Part shown: one piece after another, positions 1 to 8,298 of the stretch | Layout of the letters: each line of letters opens with the position of its first letter | How positions within the stretch are numbered: position 1 is the stretch's first letter | Source: an uncultured Nitrospiraceae bacterium | Lineage (GTDB): Bacteria; Nitrospirota; Thermodesulfovibrionia; Thermodesulfovibrionales; Dissulfurispiraceae | Direction: 5' to 3' | Assembly (NCBI GenBank): GCA_947085205.1 | Contig: CAMTVO010000010.1 | Coordinates: forward strand, 32,001-96,000 | Length of the DNA stretch: 64,000 bases | Notes under the pieces: generated by a model | Seen by the model: the letters and a program-made list of their open reading frames with translations, nothing else | The model's database searches: none | Told to the model about the DNA's origin: nothing | Position numbers and translations under genes: made by a program

Positions 1-110
1 ACAGGTATAAAAATACCATTGCGAGTTACATGCATGTGCATTACGGCAGCAATCCTGACATTGCAAGGAATTTTATAAATTTTATAAGGGAGACATCATG
101 GAAAACATAA
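1..110 (+). CDS. cbiA: 3' end of cobyrinate a,c-diamide synthase (partial)
   Basis: Frame from nt 3 reads RYKNTIASYMHVHYGSNPDIARNF...KT*, the CbiA/CobB C-terminal motif. Overlaps the cbiX start. Confidence 0.75.
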   Translation, partial: RYKNTIASYMHVHYGSNPDIARNFINFIRETSWKT

Positions 111-1135
111 TACTCATAGGACACGGAAGCCCTAAAAAAGATGCTAATAACATCGAGCTCACAGGCAGGCTCCTGCACAGTGCAATTCATCCCAACTGTA
201 ATAACAACTGCGTAAAGGTCGCGTACCTGCAGTTTGCAGAGCCTGAGATTGCAGACGCAATTAGAGATTGTGTCCAGAACGGCGCTAAAAGAATAATTCT
301 GCATCCATATTTTTTAAGCAGCGGTATGCATGTTACAAAAGATATACCTGAAATAATAAAAGAATCTGAGAAGAAATATCCTGATACAGAATTTGTTTAT
401 ACAGAGCCGCTCGGCATCCATGAGAAATTAGTCCATGTGGTAATCGAAAGGATATGCTCTGCAAACGGACTTCTGCCGCAGGAGATAGAAAAGAGGAGCT
501 TTGAGATAATCTCCGAGGAAATTGATTTGAGCGGTGTGCCGCCAGAGCAGTTACCGATTATAAAACGGGTGATACACGCTACTGCTGATTTTGAATTCAA
601 AAATACGCTTATGTTTCATCCCGATGCCATTAAAGCAGGGGTTGATGCAATACGTGCAGGAAAAGACATTCTCACTGATGTCGAAATGGTAAAGACAGGA
701 ATAAACAGAAGGCTCCTCGAAAAATGGGGAGGACGAGTAATCTGCAATATACAGAAGACAGAAGACAGAAGGCAGAAGTCAGAAATTAAAACAAAGGCAG
801 AGACCGGAATTGAAATAGCATTAAAAGAAAATAACAACATCGGAATAATAGCCATCGGCAATGCCCCGACTGCCCTGCTTAAGACAATTGAGCTTTTAAA
901 CTCCGAACTCCGAACGGCTCGACTGAGCTCGCCGAAGTCTCCGAACTCTGAACTTTTAGTTATCGGCGTTCCAGTAGGCTTTGTCAAAGCGCTCGAATCA
1001 AAGGCGCTGCTCGCAGCGCAGAAATTCCCGTTTATAACAAACTTGAGCAGAAAGGGCGGCACTCCTGTGGCAGTCGCAATAATAAACGCATTATTAAAAA
1101 TAGAGGCTCTTTCTCAAATTGAGTGGGTAACATAG
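98..1135 (+). CDS. cbiX-cbiC: Fused sirohydrochlorin cobaltochelatase (CbiX) / precorrin-8X methylmutase (CbiC/CobH)
   Basis: N-terminal GHGS, YLQFAEP, GMHVTKDIP (CbiX). C-terminal IEKRSF, RVIHATADF, IGNAPTAL, PVGFV, RKGG (CbiC). Confidence 0.9.
   Translation: MENIILIGHGSPKKDANNIELTGRLLHSAIHPNCNNNCVKVAYLQFAEPEIADAIRDCVQNGAKRIILHPYFLSSGMHVTKDIPEIIKESEKKYPDTEFVYTEPLGIHEKLVHVVIERICSANGLLPQEIEKRSFEIISEEIDLSGVPPEQLPIIKRVIHATADFEFKNTLMFHPDAIKAGVDAIRAGKDILTDVEMVKTGINRRLLEKWGGRVICNIQKTEDRRQKSEIKTKAETGIEIALKENNNIGIIAIGNAPTALLKTIELLNSELRTARLSSPKSPNSELLVIGVPVGFVKALESKALLAAQKFPFITNLSRKGGTPVAVAIINALLKIEALSQIEWVT
752..786 (+). repeat. In-frame heptamer tract (CAGAAGN)x5 in cbiC
   Basis: cagaaga cagaaga cagaagg cagaagt cagaaat, encoding QKTEDRRQKSEI. 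Confidence 0.85.
899..957 (+). repeat. In-frame heptamer tract (AACTCYG) with a nested 24-nt element
   Basis: aactccg aactccg aac[ggctcgactgagctcgccgaagtc]tccg aactctg aactttt. Confidence 0.85.
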
Positions 1136-1322
1136 ACTATCCACTCCTTCTTAACCGGGGAGACAACCCAAATATTCCCTCCCCATTTGACGGGGGAGGG
1201 TGGGGGTGATAGAATGTTGTTTTCACCCTCCCCTTAATCCCCTCCCGTCAAGGGAGGGGAAACTAAAAGGAGTGTCTCCCGTCAAGGGTGGGGAATTTAT
1301 CCACTTGAAATGAGAAAGAGCC
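1105..1322. mobile_element. MITE-like element with ISL3-like terminal inverted repeats and internal REP-like palindromes
   Basis: GGCTCTTTCTCA (1105-1116) and TGAGAAAGAGCC (1311-1322) form a perfect 12-bp IR, 21/26 over the extended end. Internal CCCCTCCCGTCAAGGGAGGGG copies. No clear TSD. Confidence 0.7.
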
Positions 1323-1363
1323 AAAACTTTTGACAATACGATTAAAAACCGAGGAGGTTTATT

Positions 1364-2308
1364 ATGTCAGATTCATTATATGATGTAATTATAATCGGCG
1401 GAGGGCCTGCAGGGCTCAGCGCTGCGCAGTATACATCGAGGGCAAAATTGAAAACAGTGGTGCTCGATAAATCTGCCGCTGCAGGCGCTCTTGCCTTTGC
1501 GAGCCTTATCGAAAACTATCCCGGGCTCGAAAGAACTTTAACAGGCAAAGAGCTTCTTGATATATTCCGCAAGCAAGCATTAGATTTCGGTGCAGAGTAT
1601 ATAGAGGCTCAGGTCATCGGCGTATCCCTTGAAGGTGAAGTAAAAGAAGTCTTCACAATGGATAAGACTTACCAGTGCAAGACCGTTATCATTGCTACAG
1701 GCTCTATGGGAAGAAAGCCGACCATCAGAGGAGAGGCTGAATTTTTAGGCAGGGGTGTGAGTTATTGCGCTGTCTGCGATGCTGCTTTTTTCAAGGGGAA
1801 GACGGTTTGTGTTCTTGGTGATTCTGAGGAGGCAGCTAAAGAAGCAGGTTATCTGGCAAAGTTTGCAGAGACCGTTTATCTTTTATCGCCGTCGAAAAAA
1901 CTCAAGGTGGATGACGACTATCCAGCTTTGAAGATGGAGAATATCAAAGTTGTTTTAGGGCATATGGTGTCATCCATCGAAGGCAGCGAGCTTGTGGAAA
2001 GGATAAGGCTGAGGGATATAGAGGGAAATGAAAGCACTATCGAGCTTTCGGGGGTTTTTGTATATCTTCACGGAAGTAAGCCCGTAATCGATTTCCTTCA
2101 GGGTTCTATTGAGGTTTCTGAGGATGAGTGTGTATCTGCGAACAAGATGATGGAGACGAATATTCCGGGTGTATTCAGCGCAGGGGATGTGACATGCACA
2201 GAAGTGCGGCAGGTCGTGGTTGCTGCGGCGCACGGGTGTATTGCAGCACTTTCTGCGGAGAAGTATATTTTTCACAGGAAGAGAAGGAGATACGACTGGC
2301 ATGGATAA
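1364..2308 (+). CDS. trxB: Thioredoxin reductase-like FAD oxidoreductase
   Basis: GGGPAG FAD motif, GVSYCAVCD, PGVFSAGD; GAGGAGG RBS. Confidence 0.85.
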   Translation: MSDSLYDVIIIGGGPAGLSAAQYTSRAKLKTVVLDKSAAAGALAFASLIENYPGLERTLTGKELLDIFRKQALDFGAEYIEAQVIGVSLEGEVKEVFTMDKTYQCKTVIIATGSMGRKPTIRGEAEFLGRGVSYCAVCDAAFFKGKTVCVLGDSEEAAKEAGYLAKFAETVYLLSPSKKLKVDDDYPALKMENIKVVLGHMVSSIEGSELVERIRLRDIEGNESTIELSGVFVYLHGSKPVIDFLQGSIEVSEDECVSANKMMETNIPGVFSAGDVTCTEVRQVVVAAAHGCIAALSAEKYIFHRKRRRYDWHG

Positions 2309-2394
2309 TACAAATGGAGTGCCGGAGTAATGGGGTAATGGTCTATTTATAAAAATCCATGAGCCATTGCTCACAAATGGGTAATGAAGATCAG

Positions 2395-2423
2395 AAAGGA
2401 GGCTACTGACACAGCCTCCTTTT
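2395..2423 (+). terminator. Probable intrinsic terminator
   Basis: aaaggaggct-N8-agcctcctttt downstream of trxB. Confidence 0.55.
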
Positions 2424-2438
2424 GAGAGGTATTTTTAG

Positions 2439-2840
2439 GTGAAAAATGATGAGCTTAAAATAATGATTTTGGACTACATGGAGAAGGGATTTCTTGAGAA
2501 TATCATCGATATGTTCAAGCACGACGAGAGCCTCTTTCCGCTGATAATCGATATGATTAAAGACGAAAGGGTGCGTGTAAGGCTTGGCGCTACAGCGCTT
2601 GTGGAGGAACTGATAAAGCAGAAGCCGGAGCCTCTTGTAAGGCTAATACCTGATATTGCGATACTCTTAAAATACGAAAATCCTACTGTCCGAGGAGACG
2701 CAGCTTATCTTCTCGGCATCATAAGGCATAAGGATGCACTGTCTTTTCTTGTCGATGTTGAAAATGACGAAGACCCAAGTGTTAAAGAGATTGTAAGAGA
2801 TGCCATGCAGGACATAAAATCTATCGTTTCTGCAAACTGA
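2439..2840 (+). CDS. HEAT-repeat protein
   Basis: DERVRVRLGA, ENPTVRGDAAYLLG, DEDPSVKE repeats; GTG start. Confidence 0.75.
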   Translation: MKNDELKIMILDYMEKGFLENIIDMFKHDESLFPLIIDMIKDERVRVRLGATALVEELIKQKPEPLVRLIPDIAILLKYENPTVRGDAAYLLGIIRHKDALSFLVDVENDEDPSVKEIVRDAMQDIKSIVSAN

Positions 2841-2981
2841 TATATTTGAGAAGACCCATGATTACCCTAAAACAGAGATAGAAAATTGTTTTCCAAGTAA
2901 ACCCAGCACTTTCCAGCAACCTAATCGTCAGGCTATAATATCAATTCTGCTATAATAAACAATTCATCTAAGGAGAGCGTA

Positions 2982-4868
2982 TTGTCTACCGCAATATTAT
3001 ACATAACCAACAACGGCCTCACTCTTGCAAAAAGGCTTAAGGGACTTTATCCAGATGCAAAAATTTTAAAATTTAAATCAGAAGCTGTTTCTGAATTCTG
3101 GAATGAGTACAGAAATCTCATATTCATTATGGCATCAGGCATCGTTGTCAGAACTATTGCGCCTCTCATAAAAGACAAGAAAACAGACCCTGCAGTTGTT
3201 GTGATAGATGAAGTAGGAAAATTTGCCATAAGCCTTTTAAGCGGCCATCTCGGCGGAGCTAATAAAATTGCCGAGGCTATTGCAGACTTTTTGGGCGGCG
3301 AGGCAGTCGTTACAACTGCATCTGATGTAAACAATATGCCCCCCATAGACTTGTGGGCAAGGGAGAATAATTTCGTTATCGATGATTGGGATATCCTCCC
3401 GCAAGTAGGCACAAGGCTTATAAACAGCGGTGCATTAAGAGTATATACAGAAGTCGAAATAAAGATTCCCGATGAGTTTTTAAAGGTTGCAGAGCCGAGA
3501 TTCGGGGATGTGCTTATTACAAACAGAAAGGATGTGTATCTCAGTCGTCCGACATGCAATTATGCGGCAGGAGAGCAGTGCTCCACAAGTGCATGCAGAG
3601 TAAAAAGCCAGCTTTATCTCCGCCCAAGAAATCTTGTTGTAGGAATCGGCTGCAACAGCGGCACATCAGAGAAAGAGATAGAGGATGCTGTCAAAAAAAC
3701 ATTGGAAGAAAACAATCTATCATTTTCCTCTATTCATTCTATCGCAACCATAGATATAAAGGCTAATGAGCATGGACTCGCAGCATTTGCCAAGAGACAC
3801 AATTTTGAGATTAATGCCTTTACTCCAGATGAATTAAACACTGTTCAGAGAGTAGAAAAGTCAGAGGCTGCATTTAAGGCGACCGGCGCCATAGGTGTGG
3901 CAGAGCCTGCAGCAATAATCTCATCCGGTAACGACAAACTGCTCGTTCAAAAACAAAAAATCGGGAATGTAACAGTTGCAATAGCAGAAAAGCGGTCAGC
4001 GGTCAGCGGTCAGCAGTCAGAGAAAAAAGGCAAAGTCTACATCATCGGGACCGGCCCTGGGAGCATCGAACATATCACTCCTTATGCCAGAAATGCCATT
4101 AGAAAATCAGATGTAATAGTTGGATATGATACCTATTTGGATTTGATAAGAGAGTTAATAAATGATAAAGAGATTGTTTCTACAGGAATGACCCAGGAAA
4201 TAGACAGATGTAAAAAAGCAGTGGAACTTGCCATAGAAGGAAAGACTGTTTCGGTGATAAGCAGTGGAGATCCGGGAATATATGCCATGGCAGGACTGGT
4301 GTTTGAGATCATCAGAGCGATAGAGCGACAGAGCGGCAGTGCAGAATATCCTAATAAAAATTTTTTACCTGATGAACTGTCGCACTGTAGCGCTGCCGCA
4401 CTATCTGTAGAAGTAATTCCCGGCATTTCTGCCCTGAATGCCTGTGCAGCAAGACTTGGCGCGCCTCTTATGCATGACTTCGCAGTGATAAGCCTTTCAG
4501 ACAAGCTTACACCGTGGGAATTGATAGAGAAAAGAATTACATCAGCCGCAATGTCGGATTTTGTAACTGTTCTCTATAATCCCAAAAGCATGGGCAGGCC
4601 GGAACATATTAATAAGGCAAGAGCGATATTCTTTAAATATAGAAGTGCCGAGACTCCTGTTGGCATAGTCAAAGGCGCGATGAGAGAAGATGAGAGTGTT
4701 ATTATCACAAACCTTAGAGACATGCTCAATTATGATATTGACATGCAGACAACAGTGATAATAGGTAATTCACAGACCTTTACATGGAATAACCGGATGA
4801 TTACACCGAGGGGTTATGAAAAAAAGTGGAGCAATGGAGTTATGGAGCAATGGGGACTAAAAGGTTAA
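2982..4868 (+). CDS. cbiG-cbiH: Fused cobalt-precorrin-5A hydrolase (CbiG) / precorrin-3B C17-methyltransferase (CbiH/CobJ)
   Basis: GIVVR, DPAVVV, LLSGHLGGAN, GVAEPAA (CbiG). GTGPG, SSGDPGIYAM, HDFAVISLSD, YNPKS, TPRGY (CbiH). TTG start with AAGGAG. Confidence 0.9.
   Translation: MSTAILYITNNGLTLAKRLKGLYPDAKILKFKSEAVSEFWNEYRNLIFIMASGIVVRTIAPLIKDKKTDPAVVVIDEVGKFAISLLSGHLGGANKIAEAIADFLGGEAVVTTASDVNNMPPIDLWARENNFVIDDWDILPQVGTRLINSGALRVYTEVEIKIPDEFLKVAEPRFGDVLITNRKDVYLSRPTCNYAAGEQCSTSACRVKSQLYLRPRNLVVGIGCNSGTSEKEIEDAVKKTLEENNLSFSSIHSIATIDIKANEHGLAAFAKRHNFEINAFTPDELNTVQRVEKSEAAFKATGAIGVAEPAAIISSGNDKLLVQKQKIGNVTVAIAEKRSAVSGQQSEKKGKVYIIGTGPGSIEHITPYARNAIRKSDVIVGYDTYLDLIRELINDKEIVSTGMTQEIDRCKKAVELAIEGKTVSVISSGDPGIYAMAGLVFEIIRAIERQSGSAEYPNKNFLPDELSHCSAAALSVEVIPGISALNACAARLGAPLMHDFAVISLSDKLTPWELIEKRITSAAMSDFVTVLYNPKSMGRPEHINKARAIFFKYRSAETPVGIVKGAMREDESVIITNLRDMLNYDIDMQTTVIIGNSQTFTWNNRMITPRGYEKKWSNGVMEQWGLKG
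3991..4020 (+). repeat. In-frame heptamer tract (AGCGGTC) in the CbiG-CbiH linker
   Basis: agcggtc x3 + agcagtc, encoding RSAVSGQQS. The same unit occurs in ribE at 37545-37576. Confidence 0.85.
4313..4403 (+). repeat. In-frame octamer hairpin in cbiH
   Basis: Left arm cagagcga tagagcga cagagcgg cagtgcag; right arm actgtcgc actgtagc gctgccgc acta. Confidence 0.75.
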
Positions 4869-6166
4869 AATCTGTTGCTTTTCTCTGGGACGAATCGTTT
4901 TTATGGGGATTGATGGCCTATAAAGCCATGCAATTCAACAACCTCTCATTTGAACTTTTACGGGCAGCGGACATAAAAAAAGGAAAACTCAAAAATTACA
5001 GAATGCTCTTTGTACCCGGAGGCTGGGCATCGAACAAGCTAAAAACCCTTGGCGATGAGGGCATCAGCGAGATAAAAAAATTTGTGAACAGAGGCGGCAA
5101 CTATCTCGGATTCTGCGGAGGCGCTGGTCTTGCAACACTTGATGGCATAGGTCTCTTAAATATAAAAAGGATGCCCACAAAGCAGAGAGTGCCGAGCTTC
5201 AGCGGAAGAATTCATTTGAATGTAACTGAACATCCAATCTGGAAAAATCTCATTAACTCATCACTCCATAACTCCATAACTCCATCACCCATTTTTCATG
5301 CTTGGTGGCCTTCGCAGTTCTTAATAGAAGACAGGGGCATAAAAATACTCGCCACGTACGGAGACGCGCTGCCGGATTCTTTCAGTTCTGATTTGAATGT
5401 AGGCGACATGGAAGCTAACGGCGGCTGGCTGGAAATGGAGGAGATTTATAAAATTAATCTCGACCCTAAAAGACTGAAGAACGAACCAGCAGTAATAGAA
5501 GGCGCTTTCGGAAAAGGCAAAGTAATATTATCACTTATCCACTTCGATACCCCTGATGATAAGAATGGAGCAAAGGAATTAAAGAATTTGTGGAAATATC
5601 TTTTGGGGAACTATAAAGCTATAAAGCCCTTAAACGATGCACTAATCGCCCCATCACTCCATTACTCCATTGCTCCATCACTTCTTGACGAACTTGAGTC
5701 ATCAGTTAATGACCTAATTAACCACGGCATGCGGAATTTTCTATGGTTTTGGCGAAATCCGATGCTTTTGCAGTGGAGAAGAGGAGTAAGAGGACTTGAA
5801 TGCTGCACGCTCTATATAATAGTAAAGGAGATTGCTGAGATAGTTAAAAACTGTGATGCGTTATCCGTGATGCGTGATGGAGTAAAAGAAAAGTTTTTAA
5901 ACTCATTACCCATTACGGATTACTTATTACGCATAAGAGAATTGCTAATACCCTTTGTAGATAATGCAAAACGGCTTCTGATTTTGGAAAGGCATGCCAT
6001 GCAGAATGGGTATATAACATACGAAAAATGCAATGACCCGGAGATACAGAAAATCAGGACAGAGCTTTTTTCCAACTCAAAGAGTCATGGAGGATTGTTT
6101 AAAAGGCTTATAGATGAGGTTGATAATGTTTTATATGCATTAATAAAAAATAAGGAGGCGCAATGA
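4850..6166 (+). CDS. BPL_N / class I glutamine-amidotransferase-like domain protein
   Basis: LFVPGG, GGNYLGFCGGAG nucleophile elbow, GKGKVILSLIHFD. Start uncertain (GTG 4826 or ATG 4850). Confidence 0.7.
   Translation: MGTKRLKSVAFLWDESFLWGLMAYKAMQFNNLSFELLRAADIKKGKLKNYRMLFVPGGWASNKLKTLGDEGISEIKKFVNRGGNYLGFCGGAGLATLDGIGLLNIKRMPTKQRVPSFSGRIHLNVTEHPIWKNLINSSLHNSITPSPIFHAWWPSQFLIEDRGIKILATYGDALPDSFSSDLNVGDMEANGGWLEMEEIYKINLDPKRLKNEPAVIEGAFGKGKVILSLIHFDTPDDKNGAKELKNLWKYLLGNYKAIKPLNDALIAPSLHYSIAPSLLDELESSVNDLINHGMRNFLWFWRNPMLLQWRRGVRGLECCTLYIIVKEIAEIVKNCDALSVMRDGVKEKFLNSLPITDYLLRIRELLIPFVDNAKRLLILERHAMQNGYITYEKCNDPEIQKIRTELFSNSKSHGGLFKRLIDEVDNVLYALIKNKEAQ
5853..5930 (+). repeat. In-frame heptamer hairpin
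   Basis: gtgatgc gttatcc gtgatgc gtgatgg ag ... ctc attaccc attacgg attactt attac. Confidence 0.8.
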
Positions 6167-7464
6167 CACAGCTTCAAATGGCAGTAAGAGGAGAAGTTAC
6201 AACAGAGATAACAAAAGTAGCAGCAGATGAGGGCATTGACCCTGAGATTGTAAAAACAAGGGTTGCATCAGGAAAGATTGTTATTCCTGCAAACAGAAAC
6301 AGAAAAAATACGATTGTCGGCATCGGCAAGGGATTAAGGACAAAGATAAACGCATCCATCGGCTCATCAACAGATATCGCAGACATACTCATGGAAGTAG
6401 AAAAGGCAAAGGTGGCAGAAGAGTACGGCGCAGATACATTGATGGACTTAAGCGTTGGAGGAGATGTGCGCGGAATAAGAAGGGCAGTAATGGAGGCTAT
6501 TAATCTGCCAATAGGCACTGTTCCCCTTTATGAGGCATTTGCCATTGCCATAGAAAGATACGGCGGCGCTGTAAATATGCCTGAAGAGTTGCTCTGGGAA
6601 ATACTCGAAATGCAATGTGAAGAGGGGGTCGCATTCATGGCAATCCACTGCGGTATTAATCTTATGACCATAGAGCGTCTGAAAAAACAGGGCTATCGCT
6701 ATGGAGGACTTGTATCAAAGGGAGGTTCGTATCTCACAGCATGGATGCTCCATAACAATAAAGAAAATCCATTGTACGAAAAATTCGACAGGGTTGTTGA
6801 GATATTGAAAAAGCATGATGTAGTGCTGAGCCTCGGAAACGGCTTCAGGGCAGGCGCAATACATGACTCCAGTGATAGAGTCCAAATTCAGGAACTCATT
6901 ATAAACTGCGAGCTTGCAGAGATCGGAAGAAATATGGGATGCCAGACAATGGTTGAAGGCCCCGGACACATTCCCATTGACGAGATAGAGGCAAATGTAC
7001 TTCTCGAAAAGAAGATGAGCGGAGAATCACCGTTTTATATGTTAGGCCCTATAACCACAGACATTGCGCCCGGATATGACCATATAACATCAGCCATTGG
7101 CGCAGCCCTTTCATCTGCCTATGGCGCGGACTTTATCTGTTATGTTACGCCCGCAGAGCATTTAGGGCTGCCATTTCCAGAGGATGTTAAGCAGGGTGTT
7201 ATTACAGCAAGGATTGCAGCATATATCGGAGATATGGTCAAACTGAAAAAACGGGACAGGGACAAGGAGATGTCCATTGCAAGGAGAGACCTCGACTGGC
7301 AGAAGCAGTTCGAACTGGCAATCGCAAAGGACGAGGCAATAAGGATCAGAAGTGAAAGACAGCCGTCCTTCGAAGACTCATGCACCATGTGCGGCCAGTT
7401 CTGCGCATCAAGAATACTGAAGGGAATGTTTGATGATGAAATAAAGAGAGGTGGAAAACTTTAA
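6163..7464 (+). CDS. ThiC-family radical SAM enzyme, probably 5-hydroxybenzimidazole synthase BzaF
   Basis: KINASIGSS, EGPGH, GYDHI, TPAEHL, CTMCGQFC. It has SLGNGFRAG rather than the usual ThiC SLGDGLRPG and ends a cobalamin operon. Confidence 0.8.
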   Translation: MTQLQMAVRGEVTTEITKVAADEGIDPEIVKTRVASGKIVIPANRNRKNTIVGIGKGLRTKINASIGSSTDIADILMEVEKAKVAEEYGADTLMDLSVGGDVRGIRRAVMEAINLPIGTVPLYEAFAIAIERYGGAVNMPEELLWEILEMQCEEGVAFMAIHCGINLMTIERLKKQGYRYGGLVSKGGSYLTAWMLHNNKENPLYEKFDRVVEILKKHDVVLSLGNGFRAGAIHDSSDRVQIQELIINCELAEIGRNMGCQTMVEGPGHIPIDEIEANVLLEKKMSGESPFYMLGPITTDIAPGYDHITSAIGAALSSAYGADFICYVTPAEHLGLPFPEDVKQGVITARIAAYIGDMVKLKKRDRDKEMSIARRDLDWQKQFELAIAKDEAIRIRSERQPSFEDSCTMCGQFCASRILKGMFDDEIKRGGKL

Positions 7465-7505
7465 AGGTATTTCACTGTATTTCCTTAATTATCAGCATTT
7501 TTCTA

Positions 7506-7535
7506 TTGACAAGTATAGCTTATAACTGGTATAAA
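7506..7535 (+). promoter_or_regulatory. sigma70-type promoter for the dsrH-E-F-tusA operon
   Basis: TTGACA-18-TATAAA with upstream TG. Confidence 0.55.
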
Positions 7536-7624
7536 GTCATGTTTATTTTTGATTGTGGACCTCAGATTTCAGATTTTAAAAATCTAAAATCATAAATTAT
7601 AAATCTAAAACTGGAGGTGTTAAA

Positions 7625-7921
7625 ATGAGGCTTGGTGTTTTTATGAGCGATTTAAGGATTGGATCTGATATCCTTGACAGGTTAAGTGCCGAAAAACTCG
7701 GTATTATCCTTGTTGGTAATGGCGTCTATCATGCAACTGTTAAGGAAAACGGTAGAGGTTCTTCCATTCTCGACAAATCTGCGACTTTCTATGTACTTAC
7801 AGAAGACATGGAAAGCCGTGGGCTAAGCTCTGCAAGTGTAGACAGTCGCGTAAAGCCTGTCACTTACAGTGATGTGGTTGACCTCATATTCGATGACTAC
7901 GAAAAAATAATATGGATATAA
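7625..7921 (+). CDS. DsrH/TusB-like sulfur relay protein
   Basis: LVGNGVY, YVLTEDMESRGL, VTYSDVVDL match the DsrH pattern. Confidence 0.7.
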   Translation: MRLGVFMSDLRIGSDILDRLSAEKLGIILVGNGVYHATVKENGRGSSILDKSATFYVLTEDMESRGLSSASVDSRVKPVTYSDVVDLIFDDYEKIIWI

Positions 7922-7934
7922 AAAGGAGGCAGTT

Positions 7935-8297
7935 ATGGGAAAATTAACAATTGGCTGCTTTTCATCATTAGTGGGTTCATTGTCCCTTGACTTTGCAGTA
8001 AAGCTCTCGGAAGTAGCCGTAAAAAAAGGCCATAAGGTCGATTTATGGGTATCAGGAAACGCTACAATGCTTTCAAAAAAGGGTCAGAGGGCTTTTAAGG
8101 ATTATTCATCTCTCCAGAAGACATTAAAAGAATTATTGGAAACCGGCAGCTTTCAGATGACAGCCTGCGAGGCATGTGCCGAGGCAAGAGGTTATCACAA
8201 GGAAGACACAATGGAAGGCTGTAAAAGGTTTAGTATGGACTGGTATCTTGCAAGCTGTTTCAGTGCAGATAGAGTGCTTCTCATAGGAGGTGATTAA
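7935..8297 (+). CDS. DsrE/TusD-like sulfurtransferase
   Basis: KKGHKVDLW, TACEACAEARG (Cys at the DsrE active-site position), ADRVL end. Confidence 0.75.
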   Translation: MGKLTIGCFSSLVGSLSLDFAVKLSEVAVKKGHKVDLWVSGNATMLSKKGQRAFKDYSSLQKTLKELLETGSFQMTACEACAEARGYHKEDTMEGCKRFSMDWYLASCFSADRVLLIGGD

Positions 8298-8298
8298 T

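Noticed and set aside
2841..2981. Cobalamin riboswitch before cbiG; also TPP or FMN riboswitches before the ThiC-like gene and ribBA
   Set aside because: No B12-box, TPP or RFN consensus recognisable; the ribBA leader is a heptamer hairpin instead.
3540..3610. Three-Cys segment in CbiG (TCNYAAGEQCSTSAC)
   Set aside because: Possibly an insertion, but it has no repeat structure and I cannot judge conservation without an alignment.
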